This document shows positions 50,921-64,000 of a DNA stretch of 64,000 nucleotides, one piece after another (position 1 is the stretch's first letter; the number at the start of each line of letters is the position of its first letter). The notes under the pieces were generated by a model. That model did no database searches. It had not been told where the DNA came from and saw only the letters and a list, made by a program, of their open reading frames with translations. The DNA is from Azolla caroliniana (taxonomy: Eukaryota; Plantae; Polypodiophyta): assembly GCA_043228905.1 (NCBI GenBank), contig JBHGNT010000013.1, positions 18,166,001 through 18,230,000 of the forward strand. The letters are read 5' to 3'. Both the position numbers and the translations under genes were made by a program.

Positions 50921-53378
50921 ATCTGTTTTTACAAAAAGGAAAAACAAACATTAATAGTATTCACAGAACAAGTCCAAAGAGTTTCCAAAATGAATCCCCA
51001 TTTCAAAAACATTGCACTCTTGTAATGAAAAAATAAAATCAATGAAGCTAAATTTAAGAACGTGCTTATAGTTCAATTAAACCATCTAATTTTGGATTTT
51101 GTCGGATTTCTTTAGATCTCAAATGTTTAGTTTGCCAATCGAGAACATTTTGTCGTACAAGTTTAATTTTACGGACGTCAAATGACTTTCAACACCACAA
51201 TAGAAAACAGCATTAGCGATGCCAAAACTCCTTGCTCACGAGGTCGCTTGCATATTGTCATTGTGTGACATTGTTGGCAACGAGTTTTGTGATCAATACG
51301 TTTTTGGCACATCCCTAACCTTGCATGTAGGGCATCCAAAAAAATGTTTGTTAGGATTTCAGTCCCTCCAGATGGGATGATGAAGGCCCGGTGAGAACCG
51401 GATAATGAGTACCTGGCAAGGAAAACCCGGTGAGAACCGGATGATGCAGGCCCGGTGAGAACCTCTCATCTGATGAAGGGACATATATGTCAATATGTTT
51501 CTGAGAGCCCATTGGGGCTATATTTGTAAATAGTCTAAAGGCATATTAGTATAAATATGACCTAGGGCAAACACTTTATGATTATGGTGTACTGAGGCCA
51601 GTATTGTAGTATAGAGTTATTGGTGTAACTGTTGTATAGAGTGAGAGAGAGAGAGAGAGCAATACAAAGTGTATCTCTGTTGTAACTGCCGTTAGGCAAA
51701 GATTGAGAGCAAGAGGTTGTTGCCTCTGTGTTCCTCTGTTGTATTCTCCTTACATAGTGATAGTTGGAGTTTGTGGACTCCCGTGGTTTTTCCCATTTAG
51801 GGTTTTCCACGTAAACATACTATGTACTCTCTCTCATATTATTTGTGTGTACGTGCATTTAACATCATTGCCCATTTCTTCTGTGGTTGTGATTCTCATG
51901 AAGTGATTGAAGTCTCGGTTGTGGCTGAGATATATTCCGCACACGCATATTTCGCATCAATTTGGTATCACAGCAAACAACATAGAAAATGGAAGAATCT
52001 TATGGCGGCATGTTCAAGCTCACCGGCTCCAACTACTCAGTGTGGAAGTTGAAGATGAGGGACAGGTTGGTGGTCAAAGATCTTTGGTTACCGGTTCAGT
52101 TTGGGGACAAGAGACCGGATAAGATCGACGCCACGGTGTGGGAGGTGATGCACATGAAGACGACGGCATACATCCTGTGCTTCATCGACATGAGCCTGTA
52201 CAACAACTTCAATGAGGAGAGTAAGGCTCATGAGCTCTGGGAGAAGATTGGCATCATGTTCTAGAACAAGAATGCCGTTAATCGGGTTTCGATATTCCGG
52301 AAGCTAGTGAGGCTTCGGTACCAAGATGGCTCCAGCATGGCGGAGCACATGAATGCCTTCTAGGGACTGATTCACCAGGCAACATCGTTGGAAGTACCTC
52401 TCGCCGATGAGGTGCTAGCACTGCTCATGCTCGGTTCCCTCCTAGATAGTTGGGAGACATTAGTTGTCACTTTGGGCAACGCCGGCCCGGAAGGAAAACA
52501 ATTATCCCTAGCACGAGTCAAGGCGAGCTTGCTAGATGAGGAGGCGCGTTGGAAAGACAAGGATACGAGCTCCGACTCCAAAGCGCTCCTTACCGAATTG
52601 GAACGTGGAAGACAAAGGAACTGGAGTCCCCAGAACCGGGAAAAGTCGAGGACACGATCAAAGTCAAGGGGAAGGCCCATTTGCTTCTACTATGGGAAAC
52701 CGGGGCACTTCCATAAGAACTGTTGGCATTTCTGGAAAGACAAGGAAACTGATAATACCGATTCGAAGCGGTCACCAGACCGGAATGACAAAAACCAGAG
52801 AGGACCGGATCGGAAGGGAACGACGGCAATCACGGCAAGTGAAGAGGAGTTGATGCTCATCATCGAGGAGAGTGAGTTGAACCTTGCCAGCGACGAGACA
52901 ACGTGGGCTGTCGATTCTGGAGCGTCATTCCACCTGATCCAGGACCGGAAATGATTCTCATCCTACACAGTCGGTGATCACGGTTGTCTCCGGATGGGGA
53001 ATGAAGGTACATGCGAAATTGTCGGCATAGGAGAAGTGTGGCTGACAACACCAACCGGATGCAAGTTGCTGTTGAAGGATGTTCGACATGTTCCGGAGGT
53101 TCGACTAAGCCGGTCAGCTAGATGATGAAGGCTACACGGGTAGCATCCGAAACGGTGTTATGAAGTTCAGCAAGGGGAGCTTGATAGTGGCTCGGGCCTG
53201 GAAGGTCAACACACTTTACCTGATGAATGCCCGGTTATGCCTGGAAGAAGTGAACGTTGCTTTCGACACTGCTGGTGAGTTGTGGCACAAGAGACTGTGT
53301 CACATGAGCGAGAAGGGGATGATGAAGCTAGCCAAAGACAACCTCATTCTAGTGAAGGACGTGCATCTTGAGAAGTGC

Positions 53379-53628
53379 ACCGCATGCCTGGCCAGTAAGC
53401 AGAACCAAACCTCCTTCCGATCAAGGCCACCGATGAGACATAATGCACCACTGGAGTTGGTGCATACTGATGTGTGTCAAGTGGACATGAAGTCACATGC
53501 CGGACCGATTGCCTGGCCAGTGAGCAGAACCAAACCTCCTTCCGATCAAGGCCACCGATGAGACATAATGCACCACTGGAGTTGGTGCATACTAATGTGT
53601 GTCAAGTGGACATGAAGTCACATGCCGA
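53379..53628. repeat. 125-bp tandem duplication in the copia D integrase
   Basis: accg..tgcctggccagt.agcagaaccaaacc...aagtcacatgccg starts at 53379 and 53504. Confidence 0.92.
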
Positions 53629-53905
53629 AACGCAGTACTTCGTGACGTTCATAGATGACCACAACCGAAAGCTGTGGGCCACACCGCTGAAGACGAAGGA
53701 TCAGGTGTTATTCGTCTTGAAGGAGCTCCACGTGAGAGTGGAAAGAGAAACCAGCCGAAAGCTCAAGGCGGTTCGAGCAGATAACGGAGGAGAATACCGG
53801 AGGTAGTTCAAGGAGTACTGTCGCTCGAATGGAATCCGGCTCGAATTTACCATGCCGAAGACGCCGAAACTAAACGGGTTGGCCGAGAGGATGAACCAGA
53901 CCATA

Positions 53906-54553
53906 TGTTGGGAGACAGGTCCCTCCGGATGGGGCAGACTCGGTGAGAACCGGATGAGGAGTACCCGGCTACGGAGAGCCGGATGGTGCAGACCAGGTGA
54001 GAACCAGATGAGGAGTACTCGGCTACGGAGAGCCGGATGGTGCAGACCCGGTGAGAACCGGATGAGGAGTACTCGGTTACGGAGAGCCGGATGGTGAAGA
54101 CCCGGTGAGGAGTGCTCACCGGATGAAGAGACATATTTGTAAATAGCCGAAAAGTCATATTAGTATAAATATGACTTAGGGCAAACTTTTATATACTGTT
54201 GTTGTCATTCTTGTTTGTGTAACGAGAGAGAGAGAGCGCGTAACAGTGTACAGTGACAGAGAGAGAGAGATAGAGAAAGAGCTCGTTGCCTCGGTTGTAA
54301 CCGCCGCTTGTGGCGAAGATCATGAGCACGAGGTCGTTGCCTCCGTGAACTCATTGTTGTACATTCTAACATAGTGATAGAATGCAGCCTGTGGGCTGCC
54401 GTGGTTTTTTCCCCTTAGTTTGGGTTTTCCACATAAACATCCTGTGTACTCTTCTCTTCTTCGTGTTGTGCATTCTTTTACTTGTTTTTCTGTGTTTGAT
54501 TTTAGACTCGGTTGTGGCCGAGCGTCATTCATCGGAGCGTGTAGTTCCCGTCA
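53906..54553 (+). mobile_element. Solo LTR E (648 bp) of the A/B/D copia family, inserted in D
   Basis: tgttggga...cccgtca ends; TSD ccata (53901-53905, 54554-54558); CCGG array, TATA block and U5 blocks of the family. Confidence 0.95.
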
Positions 54554-55610
54554 CCATAATGGAGAGGGTCCGGAGTATGCTAGCACATGCCAAGTTACCC
54601 AAGACGTTTTGGGCTGAGGCGCTGATGACAACGACGTACGTGATAAAAAAATCACCCTCAGTACCCTTGGTCGGAGACACACCGCAGAGAGTGTGGACCG
54701 ATAAGGAAGTGTCTTACCGGCATCTGAAGGTGTTCAGGTGTCTCGCTTACGTGCATATGGCAAAGGACCGGAGAGCAAAGCTGGATCCAAAGTCCCAACC
54801 TTGAATATTCCTCGGATACGGCGATGATGAGTTCGGCTACCGAGTGTGGGACCTCGTCGACAAGAAGGTGTTCTAGAGTCGAGATATTATCTTCATGGAG
54901 GACAAGACTCTTGCCGAATGGGAGTCGGAGAAGAAGATAATGAACTCCGAGTCGACCGGAAAGGACCGATTCGATGAGATGCAAACCCAACCGGCAAAGA
55001 GCCGGTTAACACTCGAAGAACTAGCCGGTTACGGAGAGGACACCGAACCGACAGAAGAAGAAGAGAAAGCAGGAACCGGAACCGGCCAAGATTCCAAATC
55101 GGATTCAGATGAAGAACAAACAGAGGTGCCTGTTAAGAGTCTATTACTAATCAATAGACCAAATCAAGTAAAAAGGAAGAAAATAGATTGGATAGAAGAA
55201 CCTGTTCCACCCGACCACCCCCGAGCTATGATCTAGACATAGCCAACCTACCACCGACGTCCCATACCGCCGGATATTAGGATGACTAATACCTTGGAAG
55301 AGATAAACACGATCGTCGAGACGAAAGCCTAGCCCGCACCACCGGTGTCTACGACAGCAGCCTTCCGACGTGATGATCCTATGAGGGTAGCTAAGCCTCA
55401 TATTTATACCTTTTCCTAGGCCCCTTGAATAGATGTGCCTTTCTAAAAGGCTCTCTATTCATTGGTTGTCTAAATCATGATAGTGCATGCACATATCATT
55501 CATTCTATCCAATCATTAGTCCCCTTTTTAATAATAGTGAACATACCCTTCACTAATGTAAATATTAGTGACCTACCCTCACCAACGTTATGTGTACATA
55601 ACATACTCCC

Positions 55611-58600
55611 CTACTTCAAAAGATTGCACTCTTGCAATATAAAGTGAGGAAATTGTGCCTTAAGCGAATGCTCGCATTCCCATGTGGCATCATCAATAGG
55701 TTTATCCATCCATTTGATCTTGAATAGCCGAATCTCTTTAGAACGTAAACGTTTAGTACGAGAATCAAGAATTCGTTCAGGAACATGAGGTTTGTAAGAA
55801 AAATCCTCTAATGTTACAAGATCTTGGATTGTGATGGTGTTATCACCAGAGCCTAAAAATGGTTTTAGACGACTGACGTGAAAAACAGGATGAATACCAA
55901 CGTTACGAGGTAAGGCAAGGTGATAAGCAGATGACCCAACTCGCTTAAGGATTTCAAATGGGCCACAATATCGTGGGGCTAACTTAGCGCACTTGCCCGT
56001 AGATAATGACGTAGAATCAGTCGGGACACGCAAAAAAACTTTTTGACCAATAGTAAATGCACGAGGACGTCTATCCTGATCAGCATAAAATCGAGCACGA
56101 TCTTGAGCTGTCTTGACATTTTCTTTGGCAATATGCAACATTTGGTTCATGTCTTGCAAAAAATTGCGTGTACTGTCTAATGTATCACGATGAATCGTGA
56201 CATCAACTGGGGCACGTGGCTGAAAACCATACATCAACATAAAAGGACTATATCCAGTGGATGTATGTTTAGAGCTATTATAGGCAAATTCTAAGATAGG
56301 AAGGTATTGCTCCCACTTAGAAGGGGTTTTTGCTACATAAGCTCAAAGCATGTCCTCAATAATTTGATTAACTCGTTCAGTTTGTCCATCAGACTGAGGA
56401 TGATCTGCAGAACTCATGCTCAACGTAGTTTCTAGTTTCTTAAAGACCTGAGTCCAAAAGTCACTAGTAAACTTGGAATCTCGATCACTAACAATATCCA
56501 TCGGTAATCCATAAAAACGAAATAACTCATCAACAAATTGATAAGCCAACTGTTGAGCGGTTACCGTGGTTTTTGCAGGAATAAATCTAGCTAATTTTGT
56601 TAGCCTGTCAACGACAACCCATATGGCATCATGACCCCTCTGTGTACGAGGTAAACTAACAATAAAATCCATCGAGATACTTTCCCATTTATTGTTGGGA
56701 ATATCTAAGGGATGTAAAAGACCAGCAGCTTTAAGTCGTTCCGACTTATTAATCTGACATTGTAAGCATTGAGTTACGTATTTATGCACGTCAGAGCGCA
56801 TCTTAGGCCAGAAAAAAGTACACGAGATGAGAACGAGTGTGCGTTGTATTCCAGGATGACCAGCAGATGGTGCATCATGACATTCATGAAAAATTTTCTG
56901 TTTAACATTTGGTAAATCTGGAACACAGACCTTTCCACTACGGTAGAGCAAACCGTTTGTAATGTGAAAGGTCGCCTTCGAGGGTAGGGTGCTAGTATCG
57001 GCATCTAAACCAGATTCGGCTTTCGTCCAGTATTTTGAGAAATAACTGTCATCAAGGTATTTCCCTCGAAGGTGATCTAAAAGATCAGATTTTATTTCCG
57101 TGAAGCTAAGCATGTTAACTTCTTTAATGCGACTAAGAGCATCAGCAACGGTGTTCATAGAACCCTTGCGATATCGTATGGAAAAATCAAAATCTTGCAT
57201 AAGGTCAGCCCAACGGCCTTACGACCAACAAGATCGGGCTGGTCACAAAAATACTTTAATGATTGATGGTCTGTTGTAACCACAAATTTATTTCCATAGA
57301 GATAGTGCCTCCATGTTTTAAGTGCGTGTATCACAGCAAACAACTCTTTCTCTTGAACCGAATACCGAGATTGAGCAACATCAAGCTTCTTACTTTCAAA
57401 AGCAATAGGGTGACCACCTTGATAAAGAACGGCACCAATAGCATAATCACTAGCATCGGTTTCAATTGAGAAAGGCTTAGAAGGGTCTGGTAATAGAAGA
57501 GTGGGAGCCTGACACACATGCTCCTTGAGTGTCTCAAATGATTTGTCAAGTTGTTCATTCCATGAAATTGGTTTGACAGACTTACGTGGATGACCTTTTA
57601 AAAGGTCAGTTAATGGCGTAGTCAATTTGGAATAGTTACGAATTGATTTTCGTAAAAATCCAACAAACCCTAAGAATGATCTAAGTTCACGAATATTACG
57701 AGGAATGGGCCAAAGTTTAACCTTTTCAATACGAGAAGGTTCAATTTCAACGCCATTTTCTGTAATTAAATGACCTAGGTACACAATAGATTTTTGGAAG
57801 AAGTCACATTTTGAATGTTTTGCATAGAAAGAGTTGTCACGCAACTTTCGCAAAACAAATCGAACATGTTGAACATGATCTTGCAAGGTACGGCTATATA
57901 TCAAAATATCATCCAAGAAGACGACAACAAAATCACCGAGTTGATCTCGGAAAACATCATTCATCGCTTGTTGGAATGTGGCTGGAGCATTAGTCAACCC
58001 AAATGGCATGACTAAAAACTCATAATGGCCATAGCGCGTACGAAAAGCGGTTTTAGGAATATCATCCTCGGCGATGCGAATCTGATGATAACCAGTTCGT
58101 AAGTCAATTTTCGTAAAATATCGAGCCCCGTGCAAACGATCAATCAAATCATCGGCACGAGGTAATGGATATGCATTCTTAATTGTCATTTTATTCAAAC
58201 GGCGATAATTGATACACATTCGCCACAAACCTTCCTTCTTCTTGCCTAATAGGACTGGCGCACCCCAAGGTGATTTACTATACCTAATGTGGCCCATACT
58301 CAAGTATTCCTTAAGTTGTTTAGCGATCTCATCCTCTTCTAATCGACTAAGTCGGTAAGGTGGAATGCTCACAGGAGCAGCCCCAGGGATGAGTTCAATT
58401 TGATGGTCCACATTACGTTTAGGTGGTAAAGTAAGCGGTAATTCAGTAGGAAACACATCTTGAAAATCCTCTAAAATAGAGTCGAGTAATCGTTGCTCAA
58501 AATGTGGTAATTGTGTGGCGTCAATATTAAAATAATAAAATTGAACCGCAGGATCAATTACACACGAATAAATTAATGGACTAGAATACTCACTTAAAGA

Positions 58601-60013
58601 TTTAGAAGACACAAGTGAATGAGAAGGAAGTTTGGAACATTGAATAAAATGTTTACAATTATTAAGTTCAAATGTAATTGAGTGATTAACCCAATCAATG
58701 GACAAAGAAGGGTTTTTATTAAAAAACCAAGGATATCCTAAAATGACATCTACGGATTGTAATTTCATAACATGAAAGTCAAGCTTCTCCAAATAAGTAT
58801 CTATTTGAATTGGCAGTTGACAAACAATGCCACTGATGTATTGAACGTTTCCATTTGCCATGTGAACTTGATAGATATGATCACTTGCGTTTATGTGGAG
58901 CTCCATTTGCTGCACAAAGTGATCATTAAGAAAATTGTGAGAACTACCGGAATCAAACAAGAAATGTGCTTGTGTTCCATTGATATATCCGACTGCTCGG
59001 AGTAAATCATTAGGTCCAAGTAAATGTGAAGGAAAAGTGCATTCACATAAACTTAAGTGATTGGTATGAACTTCAACAATATCAAAAGACTCACCTGTGT
59101 GACTCGTAGATTTGTCTTGAGGAGGGGTGTTCATTGACTTCCTCTCAAGACGACGACAGGTATCCTTTGTGTGGCCCCGCTTCTTGCAATATGCACAGAA
59201 GAGGTTCGGTTTCTTTGAGTCGCGGTCAAGAGTGTCACTGGATTGCTTACGTTTCCCAATGAACTTGACATTCGGAGTTTTGGCGAACTCAGGTTTATTG
59301 TGGTCTTTCTTGGAAGTCCTATGGTATCGCAGCACAATGTTGATGGCTTCCTCGAAAGTTGTGGGGTCCTTGTCATGGACAATCCAATGATAATCCCCAT
59401 TGGGAATACCATTCAAAAAACAAGCGACAAACCATTTCTCACCCGTAAGTCCCGATTTTTGGATCTGGGTCCGAGCGTGATGCACATAATCCTCAAGAGA
59501 GGTAAATCGCTTACTAGATAATGTGAGCAAGTGTTGCGCTTGTTCGGTTTGAGAAGGTGGCTGCAAGAATTGTTTCTTAAAAACATCAACGAAACCTTCC
59601 CAAGTTGTGGGTAAGTTTTTTGCGGTCCTTAGGCCACGCCACCAAGCAGCAGCTCGGCCACCTAACTCACGACCGACATAACCAATTTTTACTGCATCGG
59701 GCTTGGGATGAAGCTCAAAGTGAGACTCCCAACGACCAAGCCAAGTGCTAATAGCCTCCGCGGTTCTTTCTTTCTTATCTCCCTTGAAAGGCGTGACTAC
59801 GAAGGAAGGTTCACCTTCTTTCTTGGACTCAATAGTTAATTCTTGGAATTTCTTTTCCAATGCCATATTGGCCTGTCTCATTTCGGCCAATTGATTCAAG
59901 GTAGTAGTGAGCAATTGCTCAATAGTGATCTCAGCTTGTGTGCGAGATGCGGATTGGGGTTGAGAGGTCTCATTTGGAGAGATCGTTCCAACTGCGTTCA
60001 AAACTTGTTCCAT
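55611..60013 (-). pseudogene. Chromovirus F gag-pol (gag, CCHC, PR, RT, RH, IN, type II chromodomain)
   Basis: CAYCKKRGHTKDTC, LFDSGSS, FLDD, GPF, PERILDSR..IKW..ATWE; one frameshift near 57215 and one TGA at 56343-56345. Confidence 0.94.
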
Positions 60014-61009
60014 GATGCACGCCGTGGGTATGCAATAAAATAAGGAGGTTCAGAAAATACACAAGCAAAATGAATGCTTGAAATTTTGATTGAAAGAACT
60101 TTATCCAAGAAAGTATCTCATGTCTTTACCCCTCTAGACATATGAGATGTGATTCGAGATCCGATAACTATGGTAACACTATGGTGTTTTAAAAACCATG
60201 GGGGAAAACATAGCTAAGATGTATTTCTCGGATCTCTATCTTGAGTAATCATGGCGGCTCCCCGAGGCTCAACCATGGTTCTTACATCAATGAAATTTCC
60301 TAGATAGCCTTATATTAATGCCAACCCATCATGTATTATATGGTCGAGAAAGTGTATTACGTGAAAAAACAAGTGCACTCACAAGTAATATTCAAGTCTT
60401 GCGAGCAATAAGTAAACGTGATGATAAAATGATAAACTAAGGCACTACTCATAAGAGTTAAGTAGTGACGAAAACAAGGGTAAAAAAAAAGAACCCATGT
60501 GTTACCTACGAAAAAAAACAATGTCACAAATAAATGGGAAGTGCAAGGTATGCACATATACATCCCAATATGATTGTTATAACTTGCACAATTGTGACAT
60601 AAGCCACAAATTGATCCAAGTGATGACGGTGTTGTGCGCAAAGATGTAATACTCAAATCCATGAGTAAAACATCAATAAGGGAACTCATATGGTTTTACT
60701 CGTTTTCTAAGGCTTGATGATAAGAGTTAAACCTAGATGACCCGTTGAAAAAAAAAAATCATTCAACAAGCCACTCCATACGAAAAAAAATAGTCTACAC
60801 GTAAAGGTTACATTAAAAATAAACGATGTAAATACTTTATACATGAAAAGGAAGTGGAAAAAGGAGAGTTAATTGTGGGCGGGTAAATAATAATTACTAG
60901 AAAATCATATAAGTGAAACAATACTTATGAAATTAAAATTTAATTAGAATAATCAACAATTAGGTGTATGGAATCAAACATGCCCTAAGATACGAAACCC
61001 TAGGGTAGT

Positions 61010-61530
61010 TGACATGCACCTCCTCAAGACCACCACATATCCCTAGAATCGGCCAAGTAATGGCTAATTAAAGAGGAAAGTGGCATAGGTAAGTGACATA
61101 TACCTCGTCAAGGCCACATCATTCCTTAGAATCGGCCAATTGATGGCTAATTAAAAAGGAAAGTGGCATATGTAAGCTACATATACCTTGTCAAGGCCAC
61201 AACATCCCATAGAATCGGCCAATTGATGGCTTAATAGAGAGTAGAGTGGCATAGGTAGGCAACATACACCTCGTCAAGGCCACATCATCCCTTAGAATCG
61301 GCCAAGTGATGGCTCAATAGAGGGGAAGAGTGGTATACTCAACATCATATGCAAAACGGCCATGAGATAAGCGTGTGCGATTAGAGCAAACACGCTCGAC
61401 CCAATGCACAAGAATAATTATTATCGTAAGAGTTCAAGAGAGGAGAGAGTGGGATATATATCGCAATATGCAAAAGGCCATGAGTTGAGCGTGTGCGATT
61501 AGTGCAAACACGCTCGGCCCGATGCATAAT
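61010..61530. repeat. Tandem repeats in the 5' leader of F
   Basis: About four ~83-bp units containing tagaatcggccaa.t.atggct, then two ~120-bp units containing agcgtgtgcgattag.gcaaacacgctcg. Confidence 0.88.
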
Positions 61531-63642
61531 AATAAGTAAAATCGTAGCGTAGTAGGAGGTAGAAAGAAAGAGAATAAAACGTAATACCAATTTGATTCGA
61601 CCATAAAGAACGCATAATAGAAAAAGAGAAGAGATCAAAAAAGAAGAATACCGGGTTTAGAGTGTTGTTTTGATCCTGAGAAGAGCATGACGAGCCTTGT
61701 TAGATCCCCCTCGCTCACACGCAAAAAACATCAAAACAACAAAAAAATTGTTAGTAAAAGCTCTGATACCACTGTTAAGAGTCTATTACTAATCAATAGA
61801 CCAAATCAAGTAAAAAGGAAGAAAATAGATTGGATAGAAGAACCCGTTCCACCCGACCACCCCCGAGCTATGATCTAGACATAGCCAACCTACCACCGAC
61901 GTCCCATACCGCCGGATATTAGGATGACTAATACCTTGGAAGAGATAAACACGATCGTCGAGACGAAAGCCTAGCCCGCACCACCGGTGTCTACGACAGC
62001 AGCCTTCCGACGTGATGATCCTATGAGGGTAGCTAAGCCTCATATTTATACCTTTTCCTAGGCCCCTTGAATAGATGTGCCTTTCTAAAAGGCTCTCTAT
62101 TCATTGGTTGTCTAAATCATGATAGTGCATGCACATATCATTCATTCTATCCAATCATTAGTCCCCTTTTTAATAATAGTGAACATACCCTTCACTAATG
62201 TAAATATTAGTGACCTACCCTCACCAACGTTATGTGTACATAACAGTGCCGGTTGCCGGAAACCAAGGACACAGATATCCTCTCAGAGAGAGAATCCCCC
62301 CCCCAGAGATTTCCGGATCTAGAGCATGTACTGCTAACTGATGAGGAGGAGCCGGAAAGTTTCAAAGAAGCTAAGAGAGACACCCACAACCGCAAGTGGT
62401 TGAGTGCCATGTAGGACGAGATGGATTCCCTGCATGAGAACCACGCGTATGAATTGGTGGAGTTGCCGAAAGGAAAGAGGGCACTCCGAAACAAGTGGGT
62501 GTACAAGATGAAACTGGGAGATGCCGGCAAACCCCCGAGATACAAAGCCAAGATTGTGGTGAAGGGGTTCCAGCAGAAGAAGGGCGTGGACTTCGACGAG
62601 ATATTTGCCTCGGTAGTAAAGATGACTTCCATCCGGACGGTATTGAGCATAGCGGCAAGCATGGATCTCGAGGTAGAGCAGTTAGACTTGAAGACGTCGT
62701 TCCTTCACGGTGACCTTGAAGAGGAGATCTACATGCAACACCTGGTTTGCCGGTTGAAGAAGAGCTTATACGAACTAAAGCAGGTTCCCCGGCAATGGTA
62801 CCAGAAGTTCGACTCCTTCATGACGGATCAAGGATACTACACAGGCCGATCACTTCGTCTTTGTGAAGAAGTTTGAAGGTGGAGACTTCCTGATACTCCT
62901 CTTGTACGTGGACGACATGTTGATCGTCGGACGAGACCAAGTCAAGATACAAACGCTGAAGAAGGCTCTGAACTGGACCTTTTCAATGAAAGACTTGGGT
63001 TCGGCAAGACAGATATTGGGGATGCATATCATCCAGGACCGGTCAAAGAAGCAATTGTGGCTGTCACAGGAGAAGTACATGACAAAGGTGCTTCAGCAGT
63101 TCAACATGTTAGATGCGAAACTGGTCGGATTGACACTCCCCCGCAAACTGCAGGTTATCCGGTAAGCAAAGACCGAAGAAGAAGGCAGAGAAGGCGGATA
63201 TGATGAAGATACCATATGGGGACCATATGCCTCTGCCATCGGGAGCTTAATGTACGCAATGGTGTGTACCCGACCGGATATCGGATACGCAATCGGAGTG
63301 GTGAGCCGGTTTATGAGCAATCCCAACGGTAAAATAGATACGCCCGTACTTGAAAGGCACCTCAAGTATGTGTCTCCGATTCGGCTCCGTAAACCCCAAC
63401 TTGGTGGTTTCACCGATTCGGATATGTTAGTTGATGCAGATACCAGCCGGTCAACATCGGGATATGTTATGACATATGCAGGGGGAGCTGTTTCGTGGTA
63501 GTCGAGGCTGCAAAAGACGGTTGCGTTGTCAAACACGGAGGCGGAGTACATGGCGGTTGTGGAAGCCGGCAAGGAAATACTATGGATGAAGGACTTCATC
63601 GAAGAGTTAGGGATCCAGCAAGAGGAATACCGGCTCTATTGC

Positions 63643-64000
63643 TGTTACCGATTAGGAACACGGTCTACGGTCAGTCCTTCGACCTAGACCTCAAGGTGAC
63701 TGTGTTGCAACGAATGGTACGTCGTAGCGTAATACTTAGTGGGATACCGCCCGTAACCTAGTAGCATATAAGGGAGACGGCTACAACCGACCTCCTTAGA
63801 CAATGCACTAGCAACCACACTGTTACTCACACCTACACTCTTACGACTATGCTATGCCACCAAGACTCACAGACACACAGTAGATTAACAACAGATGCGG
63901 ACAGAGATTAGAGAAGATAGAACTCTATTAAGATACGCCTTTCACATTTAAAATTACACGCTACCTCTATTAGAGGATTTTTGCCCTTTATATATGTAGG
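63643..64000. mobile_element. Start of another LTR inserted in the copia D RNase H region, running off the window
   Basis: Homology to B stops abruptly after ctctattgc and is replaced by tgttaccg. The TSD (predicted attgc) cannot be checked. Confidence 0.65.

Larger units (their letters stand above)
55131..62245 (-). mobile_element. Young chromovirus F (Reina/Tekay-like Ty3/gypsy) inserted in copia D
   Basis: 473-bp LTRs 55131-55603 and 61773-62245 (1 difference seen); TSD gtgcc (55126-55130, 62246-62250); iMet PBS 61760-61771 on minus; PPT adjacent to 55604. Confidence 0.97.
51349..63642 (+). mobile_element. Ty1/copia element D, older relative of A/B, three nested insertions, 3' end outside the window
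   Basis: 5' LTR 51349-51959; PBS tggtatcacagc 51963-51974 (1 mismatch to iMet); gag ATG 51989; pol segments up to 53905, at 54559-55130 and at 62251-63642 are colinear with B and contain stops. Confidence 0.93.

Overview
Eukaryotic, repeat-dominated land-plant DNA. A fern is my best inference, from the style of the PPR motifs and the presence of Tcn1- and Phygy/Selgy-type gypsy elements. About three quarters of the window is transposons whose ends I could resolve to the base. (1) A hAT element at 904-6868 has 17-bp TIRs and an 8-bp TSD and sits in a degenerate tandem repeat. (2) An old minus-strand LINE is split by a Phygy/Selgy-like gypsy (9870-33911; tRNA-Trp PBS, 4-bp TSD). That gypsy carries a solo LTR, a self-priming Tcn1-like chromovirus (25429-30718) and a young Tork/TNT1-like copia A (13737-24556). 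Copia A in turn contains an intact sister copia B (17680-23162). (3) A PPR pseudogene is followed by a decayed copia C (35715-40611). (4) The only intact non-TE gene is a 552-aa single-ORF TRAFAC-type GTPase (44825-46483) resembling a fungal/bacterial G-domain family; a perfect 34-bp hairpin lies upstream. (5) Next come a copia solo LTR, a LINE remnant and an older relative of A/B (copia D, 51349 to beyond 63642). Copia D is interrupted by a same-family solo LTR, a young minus-strand chromovirus (55131-62245) and another LTR that runs off the window. The most unusual signals are strong CCGG enrichment across the A/B/D copia family, including CCGG-pair arrays in U3; apparent exchange of LTRs and the capsid domain on a shared pol; the candidate horizontally acquired GTPase; and the hairpin that could mask the self-primer of the Tcn1-like element. 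All counts and identities were made by eye.
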